Part shown: one piece after another, positions 46,467-57,288 of the stretch | Position numbering within the stretch: position 1 is the first letter of the stretch | Layout: each line of letters opens with the position of its first letter | Assembly (NCBI GenBank): GCA_964649715.1 | Contig: CAZYTH010000006.1 | Coordinates: forward strand, 6,341-70,340 | Direction: 5' to 3' | Length of the DNA stretch: 64,000 nucleotides | Source of the DNA: an uncultured Candidatus Saccharibacteria bacterium | GTDB taxonomy: Bacteria; Patescibacteriota; Minisyncoccia; Phycocordibacterales; UBA12445 | Translations under genes and position numbers: made by a program | Notes under the pieces: model-generated | Told to the model about the DNA's origin: nothing | Database searches by the model: none | The model's input: only the letters and a program-made list of their open reading frames with translations

Positions 46467-47537
46467 ATGTCAAAAAGAACTGTTAGTGTGATATTTATTT
46501 TTTTGTTCGTTGGTGTAAATGCAATTTGTGGTTCTGAGGCCGTTTTTTCTCGAGAAGAAAAAGAAAAGATTGCGCTTATCGCTAAGGTAAAAAAATTTGC
46601 AACGAGTATTGGTCTGAAACCAACTAATAATTTCAAGGAATATCAAGACGAACCTGGAAAATACAATCTTTTGTTTTTTAGTAAAAAAACAGACGTTCCT
46701 TATTCTTATATAGACCCTCTTTTGAACTATAAACAAAGTGATTACAACAATCTGGCATCAAGTGTTTTGGCTTACGATATTGATCTAAACACTTATGATG
46801 TTTATTTCTATACGACACTTGGTATCGCTAGCGGTTCTTATATCACGAAAAATCTTCTAAAGTGCGAAGATGCGTTAATTGCCGATGTAGTTTTGCATGA
46901 AGATATGCACGATAATACCAACTTGCCTCGTCAGATTGACGAGGGGACTGCGTTTATTGTGGGTATCGCCGGTTCGGCCATGTTTATGAAATCAGATGAA
47001 ATGGATTTCATTTGTCTGATGGAATATCTGATCGCCGAAGCGGAAAAGATAAAAAGTTTACATTTCAATATCACAGAGATGAACAAAACATACAAGAGTG
47101 GGAAGATGTCTTTTGCAACTTATCTAACGATTCGAGATTACAAAATGAGGGTTACAGGACAGGATTCAATGGCGAGTGTAGCTCAGAATCATACCTATAT
47201 GTGCTATGTTCCTTTGTTGTTGCGTTTGTTTCGTTCTATGGACTATGATATCAAAAGGTTTATTTCTTTTATGAAAGACTTTCCCTACAAAGAACCTTCA
47301 TGGGAACAGGAACATCTTTCTTATTTTAAAGAGACCCTCGCGATTGAGGTTGAAGCAAAAAAATATTTGGAAGACAAGATTTTAGAGTTTGAAGGCACTG
47401 GTATCAAGGAAAATTTTTCCTTTTTAGGATACAGAGAACATTTTTTCTCAAGTATTGATATGATATATCTTCTCAATAGTTTTGAAAGAATAAAGAATTT
47501 AACATATTTACGTCGCATGAAGTTTTTAAGGAAATAA
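46467..47537 (+). CDS. Secreted hypothetical protein with an HExxH motif (possible zinc metallopeptidase)
   Basis: Signal peptide 'MSKRTVSVIFIFLFVGVNAICGSEA'. 'VVLHEDMHDNTNLP' HExxH. RBS GGGAGGG. Terminator hairpin at 47545-47577. Confidence 0.4.
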   Translation: MSKRTVSVIFIFLFVGVNAICGSEAVFSREEKEKIALIAKVKKFATSIGLKPTNNFKEYQDEPGKYNLLFFSKKTDVPYSYIDPLLNYKQSDYNNLASSVLAYDIDLNTYDVYFYTTLGIASGSYITKNLLKCEDALIADVVLHEDMHDNTNLPRQIDEGTAFIVGIAGSAMFMKSDEMDFICLMEYLIAEAEKIKSLHFNITEMNKTYKSGKMSFATYLTIRDYKMRVTGQDSMASVAQNHTYMCYVPLLLRLFRSMDYDIKRFISFMKDFPYKEPSWEQEHLSYFKETLAIEVEAKKYLEDKILEFEGTGIKENFSFLGYREHFFSSIDMIYLLNSFERIKNLTYLRRMKFLRK

Positions 47538-47773
47538 TACCTTAATCCACCCGTCTGATTGACAGGGTGGTTTTTTTATTTATACTGTATTTGCTAACCG
47601 CAGAAAGTGGGTTTACCAAATAAGGTAATAAAAATTTTCCCATTGAGGTCGAGAAGACGGTTTTAGCCGTTCTTTTTTATTAAAGAGAACATAAAATCAG
47701 TTAAATTTAGTAAAGCGAATAAGGTTAAAATTAATTATTTTTAATTTTTTGCTTTACGTTTTACATTTTTTAG

Positions 47774-48298
47774 ATGGCAATAACAATAGAGAAGAAGAAA
47801 GAATTAGTAAAAGAGATAACGGATGGTGTAAAAAGTTCCGCATCTACTGTCATTGTTGGTTTTGATAAGCTAAGAATAGAGGACATAACTCCGCTTAGGA
47901 AAAATCTTAGGACACAGGGGATAAAGATGACCGTTGCCAAAAAAACCCTTATGAAAAGGGCCTTTGAAGAGGCTGGGGTTTCGGGTGAAGTCCCTTCTAT
48001 GGAAGGTCAGATAGCACTTGCTTTTGGTGGAGATCCTGTAATACCAGCAAAGACTGTTGCTGAGGCTTCTGGAAAATACAAAGATAAGGTCTATATTCTT
48101 GGAGGAATTTTGGACGGGAGGTTCTTAAACAAAGAAGAGATGGTCTCCCTCTCAAAGATACCAGGGAGAGAAGTTCTTCTTTCACAGCTTTTGAATGTTA
48201 TGAATGCACCTGTTCAGGGCTTTGTTGGTACATTGAATGCTGTTGTTAGAGATTTTGTTTGTACTTTGGACCAAATATCCAAAGCTGAGGCAAAGTAA
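47774..48298 (+). CDS. rplJ: 50S ribosomal protein L10
   Basis: '[37 protein letters not shown]' and typical L10 length. Followed by rplL. Confidence 0.85.
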   Translation: MAITIEKKKELVKEITDGVKSSASTVIVGFDKLRIEDITPLRKNLRTQGIKMTVAKKTLMKRAFEEAGVSGEVPSMEGQIALAFGGDPVIPAKTVAEASGKYKDKVYILGGILDGRFLNKEEMVSLSKIPGREVLLSQLLNVMNAPVQGFVGTLNAVVRDFVCTLDQISKAEAK

Positions 48299-48324
48299 AA
48301 TTAATAATATTTAAGATAATTAAA

Positions 48325-48711
48325 ATGGAAATACCGGAAAAATTTAAAGATATTGTAGAAAAAATAGAGAAAATGAGCGTTTTGGACCTTTCCGAACTCG
48401 TTCATATATTGGAGGAGAAGTTTGGAGTTAAAGCTCAGGCTGCAGGAATGATGATGGCCGCCGCCCCTGTCGCTGGAGCAGGTGAAGCAGCCGCCGAGAA
48501 AACATCTTTTGATGTAGAGCTCGCTTCTGCTGGAGACAACAAGATTGCTGTTATAAAAGTTGTTAAAGAAGCAGTTGGTTTGGGTCTTAAAGAAGCAAAA
48601 GACCTTGTAGACAAAGCTCCTGCTATGATAAAAGAGGGAATGGACAAAGCTGCCGCTGAAGCTCTCAAGAAACAAGTAGAAGATGCTGGAGGAAAAGTTA
48701 CACTCAAATAA
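48325..48711 (+). CDS. rplL: 50S ribosomal protein L7/L12
   Basis: N-terminal dimerisation helix, Ala-rich hinge, and a C-terminal '[31 protein letters not shown]...KVTLK' domain. Followed by hairpin terminator ACACAAAACACACCAAtaatTTGGTGTGTTTTGTGT at 48727-48771. Confidence 0.9.
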   Translation: MEIPEKFKDIVEKIEKMSVLDLSELVHILEEKFGVKAQAAGMMMAAAPVAGAGEAAAEKTSFDVELASAGDNKIAVIKVVKEAVGLGLKEAKDLVDKAPAMIKEGMDKAAAEALKKQVEDAGGKVTLK

Positions 48712-48815
48712 TTTTATAATTTGAGTCGCAGTACACAAAACACACCAATAATTTGGTGTGTTTTGTGTACAAGGTAACTTCCCATAAACATTTTTAAAAA
48801 CTTATCAGTTTTTTG

Positions 48816-48845
48816 TTTACATGATTTAACATAAAATGATATAAT
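48816..48845 (+). promoter_or_regulatory. Strong sigma-70-like promoter (TTTACA-N18-TATAAT), copy A of a duplicated promoter module
   Basis: Nearly identical to 51303-51331. Followed by a 16-codon truncated copy (MSKFLKIFLLLMLLN*) of the 5' end of the gene that the second promoter copy drives. Confidence 0.55.
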
Positions 48846-48908
48846 GTAAGAATGAGTAAATTTTTAAAAATATTTTTATTATTAATGTTGTTAAATTAGT
48901 TAATCAAA

Positions 48909-51182
48909 ATGAATAAAATAAAAACTCTAATCATTTTAGCCCTGATGTTCTTCTCAGGGACATCCTTTGCTGCATGGTCTCAACCGACAGCTGTTCCTCC
49001 TGGAGGCAACACAGAGGCCCCAATAAATGTGGGGACACTAAAACAAGTAAAGGGTGCTGAAATAGGTGCCACTAAGTTTTGTCTTTACCAATCCGACAGA
49101 ACAACTGTCATCGGGTGTTTGGGGGGGGCTAATACGACTAATTTTCCTTTCATCTATGATGGAACGACAAATAATATAAAAAATACGAACGAGGCAAATA
49201 GTGTTTTGATAAACAAACCGAGGATAACTGATCTATGGGGAAGTGCTTACGAAAAACTTACAGTCGGTGGCAAGGTTAAAGCAGAAGGTTTTTGTTTAGG
49301 TCAAAGTTGTATAGACATAAACACAGGTGGAGCAGGTGACACTACAAACAATTGGTCTGAGGTGATAAAAAGTTTTGTTTCAACTGTCGAAGGACCCATG
49401 GGTCCAGTCGGCCCTGCTGAAACAGATGGTGTCTCTCCAACTAATCCTGTAGGTTGTGCAGAAGGAGAAGTTCTGACATGGTTAAAAGTAGACGGCACTT
49501 ACAAATGGACATGCGGACAGGGAGGCCTTACAGGCCCCACAGGAGCCACTGGAGCGACAGGAACTGACGGTCAGAGGGGAGTACCAGGTTATGGTGTTCC
49601 CACAAATTGTGACGACGGAGAGATAGCTGTTTGGAACGATACCGCAGAAGTTTGGGAGTGTGGTACTGGCGGTGGTGTGACAATAAACAATACCACAAAT
49701 GTTTCAAATGTTGGTGAGGGAACACCGGGTAGAATAATAAAATTCATCGACAAAACATCTATTGGTGATTCTGTGATATCTGAAGTCGGAGGGAATATTG
49801 GAGTGGGGTCTGGTTCTTACTTTTACGCTAGATCATCTTCGAACGTCTATGTTCCTAAAATACCAAACCCAAACAGATGTCCTTGTGACACTACTAGCAG
49901 TGGCGATAATTCTTGTTTTTCTTCAAATCTCAATTCTCAAACAGGTTTTTATTCCGAAAGAGATTTGGGGGAATTTTGTATTGACGTGAATGGTTCCTCT
50001 GGCACATACTATCTTGCCAAAAAACACACAAGAACCAGTGCCCCACTCCCAGCAAAATTAACAGTTGGCGGAAAGATTGCCATAAAAGACGGAACACAAG
50101 GTGATAAAAAAGTATTATCATCAGATGTAAATGGGCTCGCGACATGGAAAAAAATTTCAGATTTGGTTGACTTTAATTTAACAGGCACAGCAAATGCCAT
50201 AGCTAAATATGACAGTACGGGAAAACTTTCAAGTTCTAGTATTGTTTCTGAAACAAAAGGGTTCGTGTATGAACGCATTACTAATCCCTCTGATTTTCCC
50301 CGAACAGCTAGAATTAATTGTGAATGTGACAGAGATATCAACAAAATAGAATGTCCTGATGTTTTTGCAACTTCTCTTGAAAACCAACCAACTTTTTGTG
50401 TTGATAAATATGATGATACTTATGTGCGGTTTTTTGAAAGGAAACCTTCAAACCACCTAGTAATCAAAGACGGAACGCAAGATGATAAAAAGATATTATC
50501 ATCAGATAAAGACGGTAAAGCAAGTTGGAGGTCTTTTTCAGAATTGGGAGTCAGTCTTGAAGAGAAAGATACCTTAGATTCTGTGTTGGGGAGGAAGAAC
50601 GATACTTCTAAAACAGCCAAATTTACAGGAATTTTAAGTGCAAGCAATCTTATCGTTGGTAAATTTCAATTTCCTTTTGGTGCAGGTGCGGGCAAAGTCC
50701 TCACATCTGATAAAGATGGTAACGCAAGCTGGGTGGAACTAGGATCTGGAGAGCTGGGCACTCCAGGACCAAGGGGGTGTACTGGTCCAAAAGGAGACAA
50801 GGGGGATACAGGATTGCCTGGTCCAGTCGGACCCAAAGGGGACACTGGATTAACGGGTCCTCAGGGATTACAGGGTCCAACAGGTCCTCAGGGGCCAGCA
50901 GGCCCCGCTGGGACAGCTAGTGCCATAACAAGCTACAATCAATTACCGAGCGGTTCGTTGGCTGGTTATTGTACTTTTGGAATTACTGATCCAGGGGCAA
51001 CGGGTAAGAGTAATGTTATGGCATACGAAGGTTCATTTACCGGGGATTATGCAATTCCACCAGCGACATGGAGGAACACTGGAGTAGATAATAGAAGTTG
51101 TAGTTGTGAAGCAGGGTGGTTCCCAATGATTATGGGAGCCGACATAGCCGGGTCAAAAACTTATACTTGTATGAAAAAATAA
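48909..51182 (+). CDS. Secreted surface protein with collagen-like G-X-Y triple-helix repeats
   Basis: Signal peptide '[21 protein letters not shown]'. G-X-Y tracts '[22 protein letters not shown]' and '[53 protein letters not shown]'. Cys-rich interspersed modules. 757 aa. Confidence 0.6.
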   Translation: MNKIKTLIILALMFFSGTSFAAWSQPTAVPPGGNTEAPINVGTLKQVKGAEIGATKFCLYQSDRTTVIGCLGGANTTNFPFIYDGTTNNIKNTNEANSVLINKPRITDLWGSAYEKLTVGGKVKAEGFCLGQSCIDINTGGAGDTTNNWSEVIKSFVSTVEGPMGPVGPAETDGVSPTNPVGCAEGEVLTWLKVDGTYKWTCGQGGLTGPTGATGATGTDGQRGVPGYGVPTNCDDGEIAVWNDTAEVWECGTGGGVTINNTTNVSNVGEGTPGRIIKFIDKTSIGDSVISEVGGNIGVGSGSYFYARSSSNVYVPKIPNPNRCPCDTTSSGDNSCFSSNLNSQTGFYSERDLGEFCIDVNGSSGTYYLAKKHTRTSAPLPAKLTVGGKIAIKDGTQGDKKVLSSDVNGLATWKKISDLVDFNLTGTANAIAKYDSTGKLSSSSIVSETKGFVYERITNPSDFPRTARINCECDRDINKIECPDVFATSLENQPTFCVDKYDDTYVRFFERKPSNHLVIKDGTQDDKKILSSDKDGKASWRSFSELGVSLEEKDTLDSVLGRKNDTSKTAKFTGILSASNLIVGKFQFPFGAGAGKVLTSDKDGNASWVELGSGELGTPGPRGCTGPKGDKGDTGLPGPVGPKGDTGLTGPQGLQGPTGPQGPAGPAGTASAITSYNQLPSGSLAGYCTFGITDPGATGKSNVMAYEGSFTGDYAIPPATWRNTGVDNRSCSCEAGWFPMIMGADIAGSKTYTCMKK

Positions 51183-51302
51183 AATAAAATAAACCACAGA
51201 CTCAAAAACGTGCTTATTTAGGCACGTTTTTGATTTTTAATATAAAGTTTTCTGTTTTAAAATAATTTTCTAGAAACATTTATAAAAATTTAGAGCTTTT
51301 TG

Positions 51303-51331
51303 TTTACATGATTTAACATAAAAGATATAAT
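51303..51331 (+). promoter_or_regulatory. Sigma-70-like promoter (TTTACA-N17-TATAAT), copy B, ending 7 nt before the ATG (near-leaderless)
   Basis: TTGTTTACATGATTTAACATAAAAGATATAAT is shared with copy A. The ATG at 51338 follows. Confidence 0.55.
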
Positions 51332-51337
51332 ATAGAA

Positions 51338-52393
51338 ATGAGTAAATTTTTAAAAATATTTTTATTGTTTTTTGTTTGGAGTTTGTCTGCAGGAAACGCT
51401 CATGCTGTTATCGAATTTAATGATTGGAGTTTCAGGTCTTGGGATCAGAGTAATTATTCCCTTAATAAAATTAACCCTCATCCCGATGTTAGGGCATCTT
51501 TACAATTAAATAAGTACATTTATCGCCCTGGAGAGAAAATATATGTAGGGTTTGATTCTAGCCCTTGGGCGAGGATACCGGCATCTCGTTTTGGAGAAAA
51601 TACTTTTTCTGTTAAAACATATTTAGATGGTAATCCGCTCTCTGATCAAACAAGTTTTCATACCCTTCATCCGACCAATAACTTTAGTTCTTTTTGGGCT
51701 TATGGTAGAGGTCGTGTTTCCGAAGACTCTTTGCCACCATTTTTAAATGAACATGGCCTAGAATTTTCTCAAAGTGAAGTAGATTTTTTGGAAGAGAAAG
51801 GCAGTTTTATAAACACAACAGATGTTTTTTCTTTGATAGATGCCCCAAGTAGAGAAGGGGCGCACAATTTAACATTTTATGTATATTCGGCAACAGATAC
51901 TAGTAGGCTTGTAGGTTATTATCAGAAAGATGAACTATTTAAAACAATAACAATACCATTTGAAGTTGTTGTCCCAGAACAGGCTCCAAGTTCTCCCACT
52001 ATTACTTCCAACATCCCTATTGTTTCCGGTAAACCGCTTGGTGTAACAAATAAAATATATACTTTCAACATCACATCAACCGATGTTAACGTCGGTGATA
52101 CGATCATTTATTCGGCTGATTTTAATGCCTACAATACAGATGATTGGAAAAACATATCAGTAAACAGACTTCTTTCCGGGCAGACACAAGAGTTTAAGTT
52201 TTATTGGTCCACTCCTGGAGATAAGGCAATAAAATTCAAGGCAATCGACAATAAGGGGATGGAATCAACTTCCTCAACTTACTATTTTAGAATAAATGAC
52301 GACAACAATATGGAATGTAATTCTTGTATAGGAAATCCTCCTACTGAAATTGAAAATTCCTGTCCTTTGTATTTACAACCAAAAGTTTATTAA
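51338..52393 (+). CDS. Secreted hypothetical protein (Ig-like / beta-rich)
   Basis: Signal peptide 'MSKFLKIFLLFFVWSLSAGNAHA'. 351 aa, no catalytic motifs. C-terminal Cys cluster 'MECNSCIGNPPTEIENSCP'. Confidence 0.5.
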   Translation: MSKFLKIFLLFFVWSLSAGNAHAVIEFNDWSFRSWDQSNYSLNKINPHPDVRASLQLNKYIYRPGEKIYVGFDSSPWARIPASRFGENTFSVKTYLDGNPLSDQTSFHTLHPTNNFSSFWAYGRGRVSEDSLPPFLNEHGLEFSQSEVDFLEEKGSFINTTDVFSLIDAPSREGAHNLTFYVYSATDTSRLVGYYQKDELFKTITIPFEVVVPEQAPSSPTITSNIPIVSGKPLGVTNKIYTFNITSTDVNVGDTIIYSADFNAYNTDDWKNISVNRLLSGQTQEFKFYWSTPGDKAIKFKAIDNKGMESTSSTYYFRINDDNNMECNSCIGNPPTEIENSCPLYLQPKVY

Positions 52394-52423
52394 AATATTT
52401 AGTAAATTAGTATAATATTCAAA

Positions 52424-54919
52424 ATGAATAAAATAAAAACTCTAATCATCTTGGCTCTAATGTTCTTCTCGGGAGTATCCTTCGCCGCATGGACACAGCC
52501 TACAGCCAATCCACCCGCAGGGAACACACAACCGCCGATAAATGTGGGGACAAGCGACCAAATCAAGAAAGCCATGATAGGTGCGACTGAGTTTTGTATA
52601 TACAATAGCGCTGGAGCTGAAGTAAGTTGTTTGGGCGGTAGTAACCCGGACAACCCAACACCTTTTCCTTGGATATTTGAAGGCGATAACATCTATAACA
52701 CAAATACTACCAATAAAGTTTTCGTGGGTGGAAAAAACGCGGATTTTTTAGGCATATGGAAAAATCTCACAGAGTGGACAAATAATCAGATAAAACTAGC
52801 AGTCAACGGAACAATTATTGCCAAAGGCTTCTGTCTTGGGCAAAGTTGTATAGACATAAACACAGGTGGAGTAGGTGATACTATAAACAATTGGTCTGAG
52901 GTGATAAAAAGTTTTGTTTCAACTGTCGAAGGCCCCTTGGGGCCTGTCGGCCCCGCTGGAGCTACAGGTTCTTCCGCAAGCAACCCTATGAATTGCAAAC
53001 CAGGAGAAGTTCTTACTTGGACACAGTATGGTATATCTCCAACTTTACATACGAGTGGACATGTGGACAGGGTGGTCTCACGGGTCCGACAGGCCTGACC
53101 GGTCCTACTGGCACCAACGGACAAATGGGTGCACCTGGTTATGGAGTTCCCACAAATTGTACTGACAAACAAATTGCCGTCTGGAATAGTACCAAAAAAG
53201 TCTGGGAATGCGGTACCTCTGGTGGTAGTACCACAGGCACAGCAAATGCCATAGCTAAATATGACAGTACGGGAAAACTTTCAAGTTCTAGTATTGTTTC
53301 TGAAACAAAAGGGTTCGTGTATGAACGCATTACTAATCCCTCTGATTTTCCCCGAACAGCTAGAATTAATTGTGAATGTGACAGAGATATCAACAAAATA
53401 GAATGTCCTGATGTTTTTGCAACTTCTCTTGAAAACCAACCAACTTTTTGTGTTGATAAATATGATGATACTTATGTGCGGTTTTTTGAAAGGAAACCTT
53501 CAAACCACCTAGTAATCAAAGACAGAACACAAGGAGACAAAAAGATATTGTCATCAGATGCTGGAGGTAAGGCGACGTGGAAGACCTTTTCGGAATTGGG
53601 AGTCAGTCTTGAAGAGAAAGATAACTTAGATTCTGTGGTGGGGAGGGGGAATTCAACCGAACGGCTAGTTTTCTTTAAGGGGCTTGTTGGAATAAAGAAT
53701 TTAATTAGTAATAGTTTTCAATTTGTTGACGGAAAACAAGCTACCGGCAAAGTTCTCACATCTGATGCAGGCGGTAATGCAACATGGGAGAATATTTCTA
53801 GGATTCCTTCTTGTCTTCCAAATCAGTATCTACTTAATGATGGTAGGAGTTGGATTTGTAAGGAAAAAACTTTTCCAAATGTATCTGAAAATGCGCAATC
53901 TTTTAAAATTGCAGCATTTGGTTTACCTTCTATTTCTTATTATTCATACCAAGTTGAGGATCAGGTCTTTGAAAAAAGAGCTACTGATTGGACTTTAATC
54001 AATTCTCCGCTTTCTATCTCAGACGACGGAACAAAAATATGTCTAAATGGGTCCTGTATTTCTAACTGGACAGATATAAGTGGGGGGTAACATTGAAGAC
54101 TTCATGTGTCCATCTGGACAATATTTAAGGGGTTATAGTAACGGGGAGCCTGTGTGTGAAAGTATGACTTCAACAAATAGTCTTTCTTATGGTTCTCAGG
54201 AGTGGTCTGTTCCGGGAACTTATTCTTGGAGTATCCCTAGTGGTGTAACAAAAATAAAGGTAACAGCTTGTGGAGGAGGGGGTGGTGGAGGACGTTCTGT
54301 TTTTATCGTAGCCAGACAGGATTTACACACTGGAGCGGGGGGTGGGGGTGGTAGTTTGGTAAGTGGTTCCGTTTATAATGTATCTCCAGGAACAAGTTTG
54401 CCTATTGTTGTTGGTAGTGGTGGCACTTCAGGAGGTGATGGTGGTATAACCAGCATAGGTTCCCTGGTTTCTTTGGCTGGAGGCAAGAGCTCCTCTCTTC
54501 CATCAGGCGGAACTTGGCAGAATTTTCCAGGACAAGGGGAGATTATGATTGGTGGAAAAGGAGGCGTGAGCGCAGGTAATGGAGGAAATGGAGGTTTTGT
54601 TGGTAACGGATTATCGCCTATTACGACTCCTCAAAATGGATTGTCTTCTTCTTTTGCTGTTGGTGGTTCATTTGGCACAGGCCCCCTTGCTCCAGGTGGT
54701 GGAGGTGGTGGCGCTAGTTTGGGACAAGGAGGAAAAGGTGCGTCAGGCGTATCTTTTAATTATCCGCAGACAAATGATGCCGGGGCTGGTTTTAGAGGTG
54801 GTGGCGGGGGTGGTGGTGGTGTTGGGGGTGCTGATAAGACTGGTGGCTATACATCTACTGGCGGAGGTTATGGAGGAAAAGGTGGAGATGGCTATGTTAA
54901 AATAGAGTGGGGGTTTTAG
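52424..54919 (+). pseudogene. Collagen-like surface protein paralog interrupted by frameshifts, with a Gly-rich C-terminal extension
   Basis: ORF 52424-53098 has the same signal peptide and N-terminal module as 48909. The reading frame shifts at about 53030-53060, where the sequence changes from the 24 nt seen in paralog 1 to 35 nt (11 extra nt) between conserved Trp codons. It continues in ORF 52993-54090, with ~290 bp nearly identical to 50178-50470. A third frame at 54080-54919 encodes a poly-Gly 'GGGGGGGRS...GAGGGGGS' domain. Confidence 0.5.
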
Positions 54920-55069
54920 TTTATTGAAAGATTTTTTAGAATAAAAATAAAATAAACCATAGACTCAAAAACGTGCTTATTTAGGCACGTTTTTGACTTT
55001 TATTACAAATCTTTGTGTTTTAAAATATATTATTTTGAGTTAATCATTTGTTCTAGTAGAATAGACGGT

Positions 55070-55687
55070 ATGATAGATATTTTAGGTAAAATTTTTGGAA
55101 GCCCAAATAGAGTTAAAATAATGAGGTTTTTCTTATCTAACCCTGACTCTTTTTTCTCCGCAGAAGAGCTATCTTCTAAATTAAAGATGAAAAATGATGT
55201 TTTGTTGGTGGAGATAAAAATTTTGGAAAAAATAGAATTTTTAAAGAAGGAGAAGGCGACCAGAATGATAGAAGGTTCGTTAAACAAAGGAGTTCTAAAA
55301 AAGAGAACGGATACGGTTTTTCGTTTGAATAAATTATTCCCCTATGTTGTTGAGATGAACGACCTTCTCATAAAAAAGAGCTCATTTGACAAAGAAGACC
55401 TCCTAAAAAGACTTCGAGTTTCAGGAAAAATGGAAATGGTCATTATTTCAGGATTTTTTACAGACAATCTTAAGAGTCCGGCAGACATACTTATTGTCGG
55501 TGACAGGCTAGATAAGGTGGTTTTAGGAACGATAATTAAAGCGATGGAGAGAGATATGGGGAGGGATATAAAATATGCAGTTTTGGGCGTAGAAGATTTC
55601 AGATATAGATTTACTGTATATGATAAGTTTGTAAGAGATATTTTAGATTTTCCTCACGAGAAAATATTAAATAAATTGGGATTTTAA
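55070..55687 (+). CDS. Hypothetical protein with a possible N-terminal winged-helix domain
   Basis: 'NRVKIMRFFLSNPDSFFSAEELSSKLKMKNDVLLVEIKILEKIEFL' resembles a wHTH. Followed by the bidirectional terminator AAAACCGCCATTTATGGGCGGTTTT at 55690-55712. Confidence 0.4.
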   Translation: MIDILGKIFGSPNRVKIMRFFLSNPDSFFSAEELSSKLKMKNDVLLVEIKILEKIEFLKKEKATRMIEGSLNKGVLKKRTDTVFRLNKLFPYVVEMNDLLIKKSSFDKEDLLKRLRVSGKMEMVIISGFFTDNLKSPADILIVGDRLDKVVLGTIIKAMERDMGRDIKYAVLGVEDFRYRFTVYDKFVRDILDFPHEKILNKLGF

Positions 55688-55714
55688 AAACCGCCATTTA
55701 TGGGCGGTTTTGTC

Positions 55715-56125
55715 TTACCAACAAAGCCATCTTTGAGAAAGTATGGCGACTGGTTTATTGTGCCAACCCATTTCTTTTTCCATGTATTTGTTAAGCTGAG
55801 AAAGAGTTTTAAAGCATATAAGAACTTCGTTGCTCTGATACCAGACCCTCTTGGTTCCTTCATAAACAAGAGTTATCTGGTGCCTGTCATCTTTTGGGTC
55901 CAAAATTCCAATTACCATTTGTTGAGCACCATCAACATCGTGTTTTTGGAGTATTTCGACAAAAAGCTTGCTCATTGCCACACAATTACCTCTTCCTGTT
56001 TGTTTGAGCACTTCTAGTTTTGGTTGATTGCCGGAATATATCTGTCTATCCTTGTTCTTTCTCTTAAGTTTTTCTATTTCAGTAAGAAATTCTTTGGCCC
56101 ACAAAGGGAACTTTAATCTTGCCAA
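55715..56125 (-). CDS. Putative transglutaminase-like / papain-fold cysteine peptidase domain protein
   Basis: Spaced Cys-His-Asp candidates: 'GRGNCVAMSKLFVEIL...DDRHQITLVYEG'. 136 aa. Confidence 0.35.
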   Translation of the reverse strand: MARLKFPLWAKEFLTEIEKLKRKNKDRQIYSGNQPKLEVLKQTGRGNCVAMSKLFVEILQKHDVDGAQQMVIGILDPKDDRHQITLVYEGTKRVWYQSNEVLICFKTLSQLNKYMEKEMGWHNKPVAILSQRWLCW

Positions 56126-56528
56126 AGTACAATACCTCCTTTTTTATCATCTAATTACAATCGTAACTTATTTTTCCTAGAAGCTCAACGCCTACGAAAT
56201 GCGGAGTTATACTTCTAGGAAAATTAAAAATATGAGATAATAATCTTATATGAAATATTTTAATAAAGATTTTTGGAAATTTTCCGCGCAATTTGTGATA
56301 ATAATTGCGATATCTTTATTTCTTATGTCTATGATAAGTGGGTATATTGGGAGCGGAGGAGGGGAGGCAAGTTTGACCAGATAATTTTTTCTCAGTATCT
56401 CATCGCAAGGAAAAAGCTCCTTTTGGAGTACTCTTTTTATTCGCAGGGAGAAATTATTTTCCCCAACTCCCTTCTGTGTGAATCCTCTTCGCAAAAGAAA
56501 AACACCCGAAGGTGCTTTTCTTAATTGT

Positions 56529-56597
56529 TGCGGAGGCCGGATTCGCACCGGCGTCCCGAGGTTATGAGCCTCGTGAGGTACTGCTCCTCCACTCCGC
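56529..56597 (-). tRNA. tRNA-like gene with a CAT anticodon (Met/Ile2), non-canonical with a short acceptor/D region; possibly degenerate
   Basis: Reverse complement GCGGAGTGGAGGAGCAGTACCTCACGAGGCTCATAACCTCGGGACGCCGGTGCGAATCCGGCCTCCGC. The anticodon stem-loop CGAGG-CTCATAA-CCTCG and T-stem GCCGG/CCGGC are good. The T-loop TGCGAAT, the 6-bp acceptor and the total length of 69 nt are atypical. Confidence 0.4.
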
Positions 56598-56656
56598 TAT
56601 CTATATCTTAACAGTGAACCTTTTTAATGATGTTGTCAAATCATTACCGCTTTATA

Positions 56657-56790
56657 CGCGGTCGACCGGGATCGAACCGGCAACCTCTCGCGTGACAGGC
56701 GAGTGCTCCCCGCCCGAACGTACCGACGTTCGGTACGGGCGGGTAACCAGTTGAGCTCTCTCTTTTGAAGCTACAACCATGACCGCATTT
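56657..56790 (-). pseudogene. Disrupted tRNA-Asp copy carrying a 36-nt GC-rich hairpin insertion in the D-loop and a rearranged 5' end
   Basis: The 3' two-thirds are identical to tRNA-Asp 56849-56922, up to '...GAGTGCTC'. Then comes the inserted CCCGCCCGAACGTACCGACGTTCGGTACGGGCGGG (56708-56743), then 'TAACCAGTTGAGCTCTCTC...GAAGCTACAACCATGACCGC', which does not restore the acceptor stem. Confidence 0.45.
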
Positions 56791-56848
56791 TCAACTTTTC
56801 AAATACTCTTTAAGCGTGAACAACTTATTTTTTCAATGTATTTTCCTA

Positions 56849-56922
56849 CGCGGTCGACCGGGATCGAACCGGCAACCTCTCGCGTGACAGGCGAGTGCTC
56901 TAACCAGTTGAGCTACGACCGC
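56849..56922 (-). tRNA. tRNA-Asp (anticodon GTC)
   Basis: Reverse complement GCGGTCGTAGCTCAACTGGTTAGAGCACTCGCCTGTCACGCGAGAGGTTGCCGGTTCGATCCCGGTCGACCGCG. Canonical cloverleaf. Confidence 0.8.
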
Positions 56923-57148
56923 ATGCTTTTTTTATAAACCTCCCATCGGCACTCTTGAGATATATTTTTCTCTCACGAGCCTCCTTTCGGGTTTGGTATA
57001 TTTCTTTATATATAATTTTCAATTCATTCATTCGCGAAGTTGTTTTCGTCTTTCCGCGAACATGCTCACTGAAACGTCTCGCTAAATCATTGGTCTGGCC
57101 TTTATAAATTTTACCATTTTGATCTTGTAAGACGTATACAGCGTACAT
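56900..57148 (-). CDS. GIY-YIG domain endonuclease (small, homing-endonuclease-like) embedded in the tRNA-Asp locus
   Basis: 82 aa. 'MYAVYVLQDQNGKIYKGQTNDLARRFSEHVRG' contains the GIY...YIG...R...E catalytic motifs. The C-terminal 7 codons are read from tRNA-Asp 5' sequence. A duplicated tRNA 5' fragment 'AGCTACGACCGCA' plus upstream 'TTTTCAACTTTTCAAATA' recurs at 57153-57181. Confidence 0.6.
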   Translation of the reverse strand: MYAVYVLQDQNGKIYKGQTNDLARRFSEHVRGKTKTTSRMNELKIIYKEIYQTRKEARERKIYLKSADGRFIKKACGRSSTG

Positions 57149-57215
57149 ACTTTAGAGCTACGACCGCATTTTCAACTTTTCAAATATATCATATATATCT
57201 TTTTAGACAACTTTG

Positions 57216-57288
57216 TGTCGGGGGCGAGAATCGAACTCGCGACCGCAGCTTTATGAGTGCTGTGCTCTACCGACTGAGCTACCCCGAC
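57216..57288 (-). tRNA. tRNA with CAT anticodon (elongator Met or Ile-lysidine)
   Basis: Reverse complement GTCGGGGTAGCTCAGTCGGTAGAGCACAGCACTCATAAAGCTGCGGTCGCGAGTTCGATTCTCGCCCCCGACA. The paired G1-C72 argues against an initiator. Confidence 0.7.
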
